DNA of 64,000 bases from Tubiluchus corallicola. Taxonomy: Eukaryota; Animalia; Priapulida. The stretch spans positions 496,001-560,000 of the forward strand of contig JAQGDQ010000098.1 in assembly GCA_030141605.1 (NCBI GenBank), read 5' to 3'. Positions 22,039 through 36,400 of this stretch are shown in pieces. The notes beneath the pieces were generated by a model that did not search any database, was not told the origin of the DNA, and saw nothing but the letters and a program-made list of their open reading frames with translations. Numbering within the stretch: position 1 is the first letter of the stretch; each line of letters begins with the position of its first letter. The translations under genes were made by a program, and so were the position numbers.

Positions 22039-25000
22039 AAATCATCTTCATTGTGCATTTTCAGAGATATGCTTTTCTAGAGTATACTTTTTGTTTTAAA
22101 ACTTATGTATATTACTATTATCTGTCAATGTATACTGTCCAACCACTCTACTGTCTTGACTTCCGCTTGTAATCCAACAGGATTAATGACTGTAGAATAT
22201 TTACTTCCGTATATCGTCTATAACATCTATAACATACACTTTGAGCAATTGGGTTTTCTTTCCAAACCAACTCACTCCCTTAAACAAAACTACACATCTT
22301 ATATTCTTCTGTATCATCCTGCTGACAAGTGGAATGCATCTTCTCGAGTCATTTTGCCGGTTTCGGAATATGTGCTTAATGTATTGCTTGGTGCTTGGCA
22401 ATCTTAACAACGTGTCTGCTTCAATTTATATGTAAAGTAACCTAAATTATAGGGCTTAATTATTATACCTTAGTAGCAGCGAACACATTGCAAAAGTCTA
22501 CTTTAAAATAATTTCCATTATAACATGGTGAGGTGTACTCTGTACCTCTCTTTAAAACTATACCATACCTTTATAAAATGTTTTTGTAAAAGTAGTGTAT
22601 CTAAAATGTCAGATTTGTTAAAATCATACATTTAACAAGCTCCGGCATCGTGAATTATTTTAATATGTGGCTAAAAAAGAAAAAAGCCACTTAAGCCTAC
22701 AAAACTGTATTTGAGGATATGATGTTGAAAAAAAACAGTTTTGTATACTTATTAAAAGGATTATATCATTTCGGCTCTCTCATCCAAAAACGTCTGTTGT
22801 TTTCAATGTGCCAGCTCAATCTATTGTTCTTGGAGATATTTTCTATAAACTTTGGGTTAAAAAATTTACACGAAATAGTTTTGACACTAGTAAATAGCTA
22901 TTGGAATACCTAATGCTATTTGCCAGTTTTCAGTGGCTCAACATTTAACATTTCACGTATAACTCTTAATGACTTAGATACATCTGAGCCAAATTTGGTG
23001 AACGTATGATATTTCAATTGATCCTGCCCCAGCTGTATAGCGAAATTAAATATGCAATGATTGCGAGATAGTTATGGAAAAAACTTGTTGCCTCTTTTTC
23101 AACCAAGGTCAGGTAAATTCATTATCATTTTGAAAGTATGCACGGTTGGCTCTTGTTTGAACACAATTTAATTGTACTCTGTGAAGATTCATGTTACTTT
23201 TGTTTGTCATAATTAATAATTAAGTAATTGCTTGAGAGATTGTCTGGTATAAATATAGTTAAGGATTTCTAAATAGGATATGCCTTATAAAAATTAAGAA
23301 ATTTCTGTTAAAAAACAAAACAGTTTTGCTAATTTATAGATTTTATACAAATTTGTTGACTGAAAAGCAACAAAAAAAATAAAAAATGAGAAACACATTG
23401 AAAAACATAAAAGGTGTTTCAATTTTCTTGTAGATTTATTTAACTTATAGTATGTCCTTGTAGTAATTATCCTTGGCTATGTTTTTAAACTACTATTATG
23501 ATGAATGTAGATGAGCTTGAGTATAATGCAATTGGAAATTAGTAATTGTTCAATAATTATAATGGTATGGTTATTGTGCTGCTTATGATGCTTACAAAGT
23601 GGTTTTTTTCAAAGTGTGTTCTGTAAACGTTCGCGAATGTTTGAATTTAAGTTGTTTTGAATTTTAAAGTAACTAACCCAGGCTACCTTGTACTTAGTGG
23701 TTCTGGTATGCCAATTATTTATCCATTCTAATCATTTTAAAAGAGGCCCAGCATTTACTTTAACCGCATTAAGAGATTTTTAATTGATTGTTTTTAGATC
23801 TGGTGCAATCAAAATGAACATATTTTCAGAACTGAATGTATAGATGATGTATTGCTGCCTCATTAGTGATAGAACATGCAGACGAATGCCATTTGGATAA
23901 ACATATCCAGTTCAAAATTATTTTTTGTTCAAAAAATTTGAGAGGAAATGGATTCAGTGTTGTCAGCTATTATCATACTTTTCTTATCGCCCTTATATAA
24001 GGTAGCGTGGGACCTTCAGTTCTTTTGCAAAACACATGTAATTCACTTAGATATAAAAGTGTATCATGTGGGTTAATTACTTTAAGATTGATAACATCTT
24101 AAATGTGTTATTTTCATTTGATCTTTTGTCTTTTTTATTTTGTATATTTAAACTATTTATATCTTAGACTTTGCTCCTACTGAAAGTACATATGATAATT
24201 CACATATTGTATTCCGCACGAATGTGCCATTTTTAACTGTACTATGTAGTTTCCATTAACTAGTTTAGTCTAACTCTAGTATGATCTCTTGTCGTCAATG
24301 TCTATGTGCCAAAAATTTTTCAGCAAGAATGCGTAAGATTTTTTACTTGGATAATCACATAATTACAGTTGTGTAGCTCCTAGTGTATGATAGTAAATGA
24401 GTTAGCTGCACTAAGTGTAATTTCTCTGCTTGACTTAAAATGATCCTTTGCCTCACCAGAGTTTACCTGGCCGTCTAATATGTGCAATTAAAACTTTTGA
24501 TATTCTTTCCAGTGTTTGTAATAGCTGCTGATTAAACGAAATAACCTACAGATATTCAGGGTATAAAATCCATGGTGTTCAGAAAAATAACATTATGAAT
24601 CGACAACCATATAAACTTCTAAAGTAACATGTATCGCGTTTTGAATTTTTCAAGTTTGTTCAATTCTAAATTCTTTGTCATGTCTTAGTACATTATTTGT
24701 AAAGTTCTGCACTCTCCTTTAAGTGCATCTCTGTTCAGGCACGGAAAAACTGGTACTTCTTGTCAGAGGCTTGTCAGAGTGAAGAGCGTTTTAAAAAAAG
24801 AGCATTTATTAGGCTCTCACTCTGTAAAAAGAATAATTTCAGGTTTCTAAAACATATCCTTTTTGTCTGTGAGATTTGGGACGTGCTAATTGGCACCATC
24901 TTTAAAGGTTTTAAATATGATTGACTAAAAAACCTGGTGATAACAATCAAAAACTTTTACAAGTGTCCTGAGTTTAGCTGTGAACGTTTAGAAAATGGAA

Positions 25001-26989
25001 ATCTTTGCACATCTGTATGTCAACGTGCTAATGAGTGTGCAGCCGTACACTTGATGTAGTAAAACAGAGTGATTTACTGAAGAAGCAGAGAGTTTGAGAA
25101 ATGAGGAATGTTGCAAAAAATTTTGAAAACACAATATTTCTTCTCGTCTTCCTAATGTCACGCTTTTGTCCCTAATAAGATTTTTATACGATATAAGTGA
25201 CAATTAGTCTGCACCTAATATTTTGCTTGATACTGGATAAGGCAACAGGGATAACCCAGGTTCTATGTGCACTTTAGTAGAAAAAACACATGTAACCAAT
25301 ATTCCAAGTAATACATAATATGGGGTATTGTTTATTCCAATTGCTGAATAAAGTTTGCCAAAAATTTTACAGATGGTGTGCACCTATCTCATGTCCTTTC
25401 ATGTACTATGAGGTACTCGATTGCGGCTAATCAAGCTAAAATGCAGTACGTTTTTTACTGGGTGTTTCTTATATCTAAGCACTGGTAGCTTGTATTTGAT
25501 TTTAATATTTTATTGATAAAAGCAATGACTGCAACTATCAAATCAATCTGGACGGCTAGGTACATTGATATAGATAGTTTAAATATAGTCCCGTGAACCT
25601 GAACATTGTATTTAGTGCAGAAATGTTGAACAATCCAAATACATAGATTCCCTGTAGGAAAGGCAAATTTAACCATTTTGCAAAAATTAATAGATTGCTT
25701 GTCAAAATAAACAGAAACATTAATTGTAGTAAGTATTGTTGTGCCTTTCTTGCAGTGAATTAATGTATTTATAATCATAGAGTTGACTTGCGTTCACAAG
25801 TTTGTGCTGCCCTCTCTGTGTGATTTGCCAGAATAAAGGCGACTTAGCTGAATTTGTACTGTAAAAACTGTAATGAACAGTACCATTAGATATCTATCTT
25901 GCTGATAAAAGCCACAGTTGCAGTGCAAACTAGTGGACAGCCAAACAGAAAGGTGTTAGATTCACAACCGGACTTCACCTTATAACCCAAGTAGCAAATA
26001 GGCCTGTTAGCTTCTCCAATGTGCATTTTTACCGTGAAATTCTATAATCAATGTCAGATAATTGTCTGGTGGTCTGGTTTTGTTTGATTTTTATTGTTTC
26101 TTTCCAAACGCTTTACATATGTGTCGTATATGGTCATTGTTTTTGATGGTTTGACGATGGGATTGGTAGTGTGATCTCATTAGGACTTGTTCCTTGTATC
26201 AATGTGCCAAAAATTGTACCTATTTGTTTTTATTTGAGCTTAGAATATTTGAGTTTTGCTGGTGTAACCATACTAATTTGATTTATGATAGTTGAAGACA
26301 TAGTGCATTCGTAGACTTGGTAGATAATATACAGAATCATTGTGCATTTATCATTCTTTATATATGACTGTTATATTGAATTTTCATACATATTAAATTT
26401 ATAATACTGTGAATACTAATCGTGCAATAACGTTAAATAAAAGTGCAAATCAGTTTATTGTAATTATATAACGAAGAATTTATTAATGACTGATGGTTAG
26501 TTCTCACCTTCTATTTCTTTTCCTTTTTGTGAAACGTTTCACTAGTGTGATGGAATTGGATCCCTGCATGTCTAAAGGTAGAGCAGGCATGTATGGCAAA
26601 GATTTTAAATCTTGGTTCCGTGGTTAAGTGCTGTACATTGCGCTCCCTTTCTAACTGTCTCGTAAAGGTAAATTAACTTTCGTCATGTGAAAGAGTTAGT
26701 TAAATTTAAATTTTTTAAAGTGTTAGCTTGTTCTCAGGAAATAGTCGGAAAGTAGAAAACTTGTACATTATGGATTAACCAAGTCATCACAATTGTTAAA
26801 AATGTATTCTTGATTAGAACAAATAATCAATATGCTAGGCAGCTAGTCAAGTCTGAGGTTTTAGTGAGTATTTTGTTTTAATTTATTATTATTTATATAT
26901 TATGATTGTTGGTTGTTTGTAAAATGGCCTTTCTACGTATATGTAAAGCTGTATTGGAGTAGTGATATTTATGTCTTACTGGAGCACAC

Positions 26990-26995
26990 AATAAA
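26990..26995 (+). terminator. Candidate polyadenylation signal of gene 1 (another at 26436)
   Basis: AATAAA followed by a GT-rich tract; would imply a ~7-kb 3' UTR; untested. Confidence 0.3.
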
Positions 26996-28594
26996 GGAAA
27001 ATCAAACACAAACTATAATTCGTTGCTTGACTTTGTAGAATTTTGAAGCATCTACTACCGGGTATTTTGACAATCTTTTCTCGTTTTAAGATGGTTGTCT
27101 GGGTTTAAGTGAGTTAGTAGCTGCCATGGTAGCCAGCCTTTTTTATAGTGGACTTTATTGTACGAACACGTACAAAACAATGTACAAACAAGATAAACAT
27201 CTGCACTAGGTTGACATCATGTGTACAACTTATATATTTACCAGTACATAAATACTGCACTCTATTTCCTTGTATTGCATTGCACTGCTCTCACACTGGT
27301 GTACGTAACCATTTTATATAACAGTATTGATATAAAGCATGCACTGGAGATTCACATCTAACCACATTGTTAAACACCTTACGTCTTTTGATGCATAAAT
27401 TAACGGCATTGTTGCTACCTAGAAGCCGACGAGACCACTGTAGATGAGATTTACACTGGATGTTAATGAAAGTTATAAGCGGGATGTTTTCCTAAACAGT
27501 TTTACTGAAAAATTATACACTTTTTGCCGAAACTCCAGGAAAAATTGTTTGGGATAAGAACCAGGAGTGTGCCTCGAAGTAGCAAGATCCTTCCACTCCT
27601 GATTAGTGATTTTTTAAAACGAATTAATATGAATTCTAGGAATGTGGCCAGGTGCCTGGTTGGCTATCCGGCAGGTCACCGTCAACAGATCTCTCGGACG
27701 AGGTGATCATATGCAGGCGGAAATTATTGTTCGATGTTCCCTATGCCAATTGGCTTGTTCGCTTTGAAAATTATGGTAAAAATGATGCGCTTTAAGTTTT
27801 GATGTGGTGTTTGAAACTAAAGGTAATATTGGCAATATTAGCACATTATACCTTATATAACCTTAAAATAATTCGAAAGGTGTGGCTAATAATATATCAT
27901 TGGAAATACATGTATATAAACAATGTATTTAATGCTTTGATTGGGGACTTCAGAGAACATAATATCCGCAAGCAGAACGCGAATACAAAAATCTCTAGTG
28001 ACGTTTGCGATTGCGACTCGACCCTGGAAAAACAATCAGTGCCAAAAGCCTGTTTAGGATTAACGATTAAACGACATATACAACAAAGCCATTTTAAGCA
28101 TGTTGTAGACTTGCACTTTTTATCCGCGAGCAGCTATACGATGACCTTTTGCCCTTGTTTATGTTAGGAATCCAGTTTTCTTGGGTATCCATGTTCAATT
28201 CATCTCAATTTGCCAACACAGACTGGAATCTTAAAACCTGCAGAGTAGACACTTGGAGTAGGAGCTCAAGTTGTGGTGCGGTTAGAAAAGCTGGGAAAAG
28301 CCTGAGATGGGAGCCAAAATATGAAAATTAGAGCAAACTGCTCTGTCATACATGAATTAACTCCACTGGACCAGGCATAGTCAAGCGATAAACATGGTCC
28401 TGCTTGGCTTAACTGAAAAACAACAGTTGCGATTGTTACCGGAACCTCAAGAAATCTCTGAAGTTTTGGCAAAGCACTTGCGAGATTTTGTATTTTTGTT
28501 CCTGTTCTACATAATTTATTCGTAATAATAAAAATTTCGCCTGTCGACTTACTGCTACCCTGAGTCATTTTTTTCTGTTCCCTGTATGTTTCTA

Positions 28595-28612
28595 GCGCTG
28601 TCATCTAGCGTC
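28595..28612 (-). promoter_or_regulatory. CTCF-like motif in the intergenic region
   Basis: GACGCTAGATGACAGCGC on the minus strand. Confidence 0.3.
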
Positions 28613-28714
28613 AATTTGTAGTACTTATTTAGCGCATTTTCCAGTAACATCTGCCCACAAATTATTACACATTTTTTAAGTTATGTAAGCATTTGACTTT
28701 TTCTGAGATCAACA

Positions 28715-29140
28715 ACTAGTAAACAGATAACTTTGCCAATGCAAACTACTGGGATCCAACACTTCAATTGTGTCCTTTTTATGTTTTTTTATTGTGACAT
28801 TTACGTGACCTGTAACCTCTATCATAACCGGGGCAAACATATTCTCCTGATGTACCTTTGCTGTTTTTATGTATACCTTTCATATCAGAGCCTTGTTTTT
28901 GTATTTTTGTGCGGCTGACCTTGACCTCTGATGCATGGTCATAAATTCTTGCCCAAATGAATACTTCCGCCCATGTGCTTTATTACACAAAACATGATTA
29001 AAAGTGCCACATAGTTTAAAAATTATTCCAGCTTTTGTGCACGAAAGGTATAAAAACTTTTAATTTTGATATAATACCAAATTAATAGTTTAACTACATG
29101 TACCAAAATACGCTCTTTTATGAGATATCCGCTCCATATC
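28715..29140. mobile_element. Probable interspersed repeat (tgaccttgacct-type, Helitron/Helentron-associated)
   Basis: Begins aactag and contains gtgacctgt / tgaccttgacctctga motifs common in such invertebrate elements; boundaries uncertain. Confidence 0.35.
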
Positions 29141-29179
29141 ACGCCAACTCTTGTTAAAATTTTAATTCCAACAAAAAAC

Positions 29180-29260
29180 AGCAGCTGCAGCAGGAAGGTC
29201 GACGACAAGGACAACAACAGTAGTAGCAGCAGCAACAACAACGATGGCAGTAACAACAAC
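29180..29260. repeat. Degenerate (CAA/CAG)n repeat
   Basis: Seen directly in the sequence. Confidence 0.7.
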
Positions 29261-29369
29261 TTGAAATTAGACATTTCGTGGCATTGCTGGCTAGTAGAGA
29301 GCAAAAAGGAAGTTCTAATACTTTGCCTTATCATCTCCTCCGACTCGAGCGTTTCATTTCTCCAATGAA

Positions 29370-30309
29370 CTTCAAAACGTCACCGTATCGTAGTATGAAA
29401 GCAGATAACCAGATATTCAGAGCCCCACTGTTTTCCAGTTCGTTAGCTTGACTGCAGCTGAGCAGGCGTCCACTCCGCCTGCACAAAACTCGTCTTGTAG
29501 GTAGGTAAGCGCTAGGTTTGTTGACCCCTCATACCTGCCCTCCGCCCACTGTCAGTGAACTTCGTGAGTTTTAGTTCTGCTTTACTGCTGGTGGTGTAAG
29601 AAAATGCAAAAGGTGGCCACGAGTACCTGGGCTTGCGTGCAGAAGGTTATTTTGTGAAACCGGGCTGTGTTACACTAGACGATCCAACCCGGAAAAGGAT
29701 AAAACAGGATTTCGGGTAAGTTGACAGGCACGCTTTTTTGTTTACTATTTCTATTATCTGAGGCGTTTATAGATAACTTTGAATTTCGCACTTCTCTGAA
29801 AATTTTTAATCTGTGATCATTATTGTTAACAGTTATTGATTCGTGTAATAGATTCAAACGGAACTCTATACTAGTTTAGCATTAACAGATAATAGTAGCA
29901 ATATATTAAAATGTAGTAATTAATTTTAATTACCCCCTTGGCAAAGCATTGTTTGAAGCACCGCTATTACGGAGGATTTCTGATAGAATTCTTGAAATGG
30001 AAAAAAAGTGTTCTATGATATACATGTGCAATGGTTATGTTCTTTCATGCAGAGTTTGTGTACACTTAGTGAAATTATTTACCATTGATTAGTGTCTACT
30101 AATTCTTCACTTGACTTTGCCTTTATTATATTTTATTTCTTGTGTTCTAGGGCGGGTATCAACTTTCCTACATTCATCAAGGTCTGTCACAACCGTGTTC
30201 TATGAACTTGGATTCTGCTTGACGCAGGAAATGTTGGCAATGTTAAAGTATCTGTGAATTAGTGTGTGATTTAAGAGCGGTGCTCTCTTTTATCTACAGT
30301 TAATAAAAA
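29370..30309 (+). promoter_or_regulatory. Probable promoter and non-coding 5' exons of the uif-like gene
   Basis: GC/CpG-richer stretch with strong donors at 29501/29505 (gtaggtaagc) and 29716 (gtaagt), and acceptors at 30150 and 30299 just before the ATG. TSS not determinable. Confidence 0.4.
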
Positions 30310-30423
30310 ATGCATCGTCGTTTGTGGTTGTTGAATCAGACTTACAGCTCAAAAGTAGCATCGTTGCTAGTGTTATCTGGCCTGTTAGTGCTTTTTGCGA
30401 CATATGCTTCAGCCCAGTTTCAG
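30310..30423 (+). CDS. uif: uif-like first coding exon, signal peptide
   Basis: [35 protein letters not shown]|QFQ followed by donor gtaagt. Confidence 0.8.
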
Positions 30424-33400
30424 GTAAGTGTTTGATGATAACGAAACAATTTTACCTGTAATTATCATAGAATTAAGTTGGGTGAATTAAGTCTAGGCTG
30501 TTAATTCAGTCAGTTGTGCTGGAGTCAAACTGTTAATGGAATCATTTTGTTTGTTTAGCCTGTTTTTTCCCAAGTAAATATGACTGTATAGTAGAAAAAA
30601 ACAATAGTACCTATTCACATGCTGGTAGCATTGCATTTATCCTAGGCATGCTTTTACCCTTTAAACCTCGTGTGTTTGCATAGCACTATGAATTTCGTTT
30701 TGAGTTTTTTCTCAGAAAATTGTCAAATTTTACACTCGAAAAGTGTGATCGAGTTTATGATGTCGATTTACAATACTAATCTAGATTGCTTTTACACAGG
30801 ATTCATGTCGGAAGTTATATATTTCAAGAATGCAATTATTAACATCTCAAGGATATAATGCTCCAGTTGAAGTGCTAAATGGACAGTTTTATGTCTTGGC
30901 AATGTTTGACTGTGCGTACATCCTTTCCCATTGACTAAACAAGCAAACGTAGCATGATAGATAAAGCCATTTGGAAGCAATATTCTATGTGGTCACGTGT
31001 CTAGTTATTAACCAAACTCAGTGTTGCATAACTAAATTTACTCTATGGCCAATGTCCCTTTCTCTTGCTGCAAATCTTCAATGGAAAAAACGATGATACT
31101 TTTGCTTTGCTCTTAGCTGCTTCATTACATGTGGTAGTCTGAGCGACTTTGACCGACTTGACAAGTTTTTTCTTTCATTTCGCATGCCCTGCCGTGAGTT
31201 ACCTTGACACTCTGGCTTAATTGGTTGTATTACATTCCCTTTTTCCGCTTTATTCCGTAACTACCTTTACAATACAGATGTGACCTATCAGTGTTTATAC
31301 TACATATCAACTGTTCTACATTTTATGTAGGCAAGGCTCATTTCAAAGTTAAGTCTTCATCAAAAAGATTCTTGTTTGAGTTTCCGCATTTTAGTATCTA
31401 TTAAAATCTCTATACAGACTTAATGAAATTTCAGAATTAAAATTTTTACAATGGTCTTAAATCTTATTACATTTCGTGACATAATATCCCAACGTAAACA
31501 GAGAATGTCACGCCTGCCTCACATGCAAACAACAGCAGGAAACGTGTTATTATTTTGCTGTTAAAATTGCATGAGAGCAGACAATTACATCAGAGTATGA
31601 AAATCATCTCTTCAGTTCCTTGATTAAAGCAACACAATGTACGTACTTTGTTTGCTAATTTCATGTTCATTCAGTCACGTGGAGTGCGTTACAAGCTCTT
31701 TGCTAAAAGTTGTAAATTAGAATACCGCTATTGCGTACGAATTTGGCAGTTTCTATTGTTGATAGGCAAAAGTGTGTTTGTGAATTGCGTCTGATGCTAC
31801 TTTTGTACAGTCAGCCTATAAGTATATACAAGACTACTAATTGAAATTGTATGTTACATCTAACGTACTTCCGTAAATTGAAGCTCTAACGTTAAAATCC
31901 TAAAACCGATTTAGATATCGGGCGACACAGAAAAAATATGATAAAACTTAGGTGCAATAATATTAGAAGCAAGTGCTCTACAAGGATAATAATAATAATA
32001 ATAATTTATTTTTTGCCTTCAAAATAACAATCATATTAGAATATATAACAACAAGTTACAAAGTTTAGAGAAGGACGGGATGACAAAAGACCAAAAGGTC
32101 ATCTAGTCTGTTATTCCTAAATAGTGAGTCTACTAAGGTAATTTCAGCATGGCGAGCAAATATTATTAGAACAAAATAAAGAATAGAATAGGAAAACAGA
32201 TCAAAATTAAATTGATAGCAAACAATTATGGTAAATAAAATTATGCACATTTACGCAAAACAGAGTGGAAACAAAATTAATAAATCAGAAACCTATGGGC
32301 AAAACTACCTAATTATAAGCAAAATAGCTAACAAATTAATTTGGCTATGGAATAGTGACATTAAAAGAAGCAAAGTTGCATGTACCTGTAAGGCAAGTTG
32401 AAAGTTGAAATTTCACAGCGTGATTTTACAGTACGTTAGGGTTTGGCTGTGAAAGCTACATTTTTGTACTCTTAGTGGTTTTTAACTTATGTCTAAAAAG
32501 AATTTGCATGTTAAAAGAATAAAAACCGGAACAATTTCAGCTAATTGTGAGTCTATTTACAGTGTACGTTTTTGACGTCTGCGTCAAAAAATGCACCGTG
32601 TAAATAGGCCCTATCAATAGAAAATCTGCCACGATGACGTGTAAATCATTCAATACATAGCAGCAAAACAATAAAGCAATCATCCATATTAATCATCATC
32701 ATCACTACAGAAAATAAGGCACCGATAAAGATTTGTTGTACCCTTTCGAGAGAAAGTGTACAGCGGCCACAAAGAGCCGTTTGACCCACCAACGACAAAA
32801 TTTCCAACTATGACAAAAATTATTGAGTGGTGGGACCAAATAGCCCTTAAAGAACTGAGAAGCTGTCAGCTGTTGGAAGAAATGCCTTCATTTTCTTTGC
32901 ATTGAAAATGGTGGACACGTAGACGTAGAGCACTTGCTGTAAATTTTAACAATAGTGACACACAAAATTTTAATGGGATTTATTTTTTTGATTTTCTGGT
33001 TTAAAAGTTCTGTGTCTTAGGAAACATTTAAGAGAATGACCTAAAATGCTCGGTGTTCATACGTAAGCGTCTGCGTCTTCTCTTCTTACGAATAAAAATT
33101 TCACTTCTGTTTTTCGACTTTTTCAGGATCATTTACCATTTAGTCTAGGAGTAAACCCCTTAACTTTCAAATGTCCGACAGGTAAGAACGGTTAGGGTTG
33201 ATTAATGGCTTCTTTTATTTTTTGTATTTATAAGTTAATTGTTACGTGTCTATAAATTTAGTATATTTTGATATTTATTTGGCTATATAGAATAACTGGA
33301 AGAAAACTGTAGATAATAACAAATGAAACACAACTTTGGCTTGTTGTGATAAAAAATATTCTTTTCTTTACCTGTGAAAAAGTTGGGACAGAGCCTGAGT

Positions 33401-36400
33401 TTGAACCAAGGGTTATTTGCTTACAAGGTGAATGCCATGATCACTAGATTACTGTGTCACAGTAATCATGACAGGTTCTGATGTATTCTGATTAAATCTT
33501 ATAGTTCACCAGCCAATTCAGCATCACTGGAGCATGAGAGTCTAGTGGTCATGAAGTTTGCATTATAAGCAAGAGATCCTAGTTCAACTCCAAGTTGTGT
33601 ACATATTTTTTTGCATTTTTTGATTTTTGAATAAGTTTAATCAATTTTCAACAGTTGTGGGTTTATTCTATCACTAATGAGATTCTGAAATTAAGATTAT
33701 AAATAACTAACACATTTTTCTTGTATTTTCTTCTTGTTATTAAATTTTGTTTACATTTTGGTCGGATCTTATGTTTGCATGCACTTTCGAGTGCAAGTAA
33801 AAGCTTCACATTCCAGTTATTGTACTACATGTATTCTGGATTTTTCCAGGATGGGAAAGCTTCGGTTCAAAATGTTATAAAGTATTCACTGGCTCCCACT
33901 CCTGGAGAGCTGCATTACAGACATGCAAAAGGTAAGAAAATTGTGGCTGCAATTCAGTTGTATTATGTTAACTTAATGGCATATTCACATATGTAATGGT
34001 ATCGTACAAAGGTAAAAGCAATTTTTATGAAAATGAATTTTTTCCCCAAATTGGCATTTCATTTACCATACATCCTTGTTATATTGACCTTCCCGGATAT
34101 AGACGTGTGACCAAATTACAAGCCTAACTCATCCATTATAGAAGTAGAGTTATACTATGTTGCAGATTCTTCCAGAAATTTAAAAAAAGCATATTATCTA
34201 GAGATCACTTCGCACTGTTTCTCATATTCACCATAATGTTTTTTTTTCAGTTATGGCAGCAATCTGGTTTCTATACAAAGTTTTAATGAAAACAGCATTA
34301 TAGCAAGTATAGCGAGAGCTAACAATGTAGGAACATTTTGGATAGGTAAGCATCTTCTTGTTGTTTTTTTTGTCTATGGTAAGGGTCCAACTTTTGCAAT
34401 ATTTGCAATTTGCTGCAAGTACTAACACCTTTCAACATTCCTTGTTTGAACATTATCCATCGCCGCCTTCCAATTTTTTCTTATGGGTAATTTTCTCTAA
34501 GTACTATGTTTGACCAAATCGGGTTTCTCTGTTTTTTCTTCTTTTACTTCTGTTTTGCTTATGTTATTTTTCTTGGTGCTGTTTACTAAGAAAACTTGTA
34601 AATTCCCTTTTGCTCTTCTGTGCCGCTAAATATTAGTATTTATTTCATGTTGCTTAGGGTTGTGAAGTTGACATAAGATAATTACTGTTTGTCACTTAAC
34701 CTGATTTAATTATTCAGTTAGGCCAACTTAGTGAACTGTATCCAACGCATTCAAATGCACGAAATTCTTACGTATTGTCATTTAAAATTGCTTTAGACGT
34801 AAAATTTGAAGGGTCATTGTGAAACTGAAACTGAAATTGAAAGTGAAACTTTCTCAAGTTCTTACTGTACTGTTTTGGACGAGGTTTTTCACCTTCCTTA
34901 TCAACTACAATCAAGGCACAATACTTTTGTGTGAAATGAGTATGAGAGTTGGAAAGTCATGTTTGTTCATTCATGAGTGTTCATTCAGTAGCTGTTTCAC
35001 AACAAGCAATTGTAGCCAAAGGGGATTAGATCATTAGAAAGATAGATGTTGGGCCATTGGCTTGCGTGCCTTAAGCCACATAATGAACTGTTGGTAAATT
35101 TTCATGCGACTGATTTCACCTTAAAAGTGGTACGGGAGAGAGGGAAACATTAGGAATGAGTGCGAGAGACCTTGAGCCACAGGGAAAGGGGGAGAGAGAG
35201 GATGAGAGGGTAGAGAGAGAGAAAGAGGATATTTCGAATAATGAAATCAAACAAAAACGGTTCTTCCAAAACTTTAGAATTTAGAATGCACTCGTGTCAA
35301 TGCAGTTTTTGTATGTTATGGCTGTAGATCCCAAGTGTCACAGTAATGTAACGGTAGTGTATGGTCCATATTTACAAGATACTACAATCCTGGCGAATCA
35401 AGTTCCTAGTTTTCCACATTTTTTCAGCCATATTTGGATTTCAAATATTAAAAAAATCTATTGGGCTTTTTCCGTCATTAATTGAAGCATTTCTGACTAA
35501 CAGAGCTAGCTGACAGTTTTTTCTCATCCTATGTTTTAATCCAGTAGTTCCGTCTGCACCGCAGCTGCTACGTTTCTTTTATGAATGTTCTACATTAGTG
35601 CAAAAAGGATAATTAGCCGTGTTAATGGGAAAAAATTAAATCTGTAAAATCTGTAGTGAGGAATATTTCATTGTCACTTATCAATGGCTGGCACTTCCAC
35701 ATAAAAGATTCCAATGCTTGTTATCTATACGAATGGGAAAAAACGGAACTCTTTAAAGTTGTCTGGTGTAAAATGTTAGAAATTGAGAAACGTAAGGCCA
35801 CCTTAATGTTAAAAATTGAGATCTTGACTTTGTTTGAAAAGTTCTTCACTTTCACACATGTCATTCACCCACTTGTACAGGGCGGACATAAGAATTAAGC
35901 AGGGAGGTAAAATCACGTTATAATCAGTGCATTATTTACTCACGAAGGACCACAAATGTAAAAACGTCTCGGGACTGCTACAAGTCATGCTAAAAAAGAT
36001 CACATTTTCACATATTTTTGCAAGGTCCATATTTGCTACAGTGTATGTTCTGAAAGTAGCAATCAAATGAAAATGCTTGATCTCACAAGCTTGCACAAAA
36101 TCTACCCATCCCAGATGGTTGCCTTGCCCTGGGGCTGAAACTTTAACAAGACATGCTAGGCTATCTATATTGAAGTAACCATTAACTTGTAAATAAATAT
36201 TATAGTGATATAGCATGTATCAACTACATCTCGAAAATTTTGTCAAGATACGTTACGTTTAAAAGAGAACTTTTAAAGTTTCACAAAATAATTTGTTATT
36301 AATAGAATTGAAACAAAAAGTTAACAAAGTGCAATATAAAGAACAACGAGTTTATATGTCTTAGTGATAATGATTGTTTATACGTTTTTATTTTATTCCA

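Noticed and set aside
21000-28600. Short ORFs (60-122 aa) between the genes
   Set aside because: AT-rich, no motifs, no consistent exon chain; probably 3' UTR or intergenic
29023-29368. Leu-rich and Asn/Ser-rich ORFs
   Set aside because: Products of a CAA/CAG simple repeat
31985-32130. (AAT)n plus tttatt and a stem-loop, possibly a minus-strand LINE tail
   Set aside because: No coding remnant to support a call
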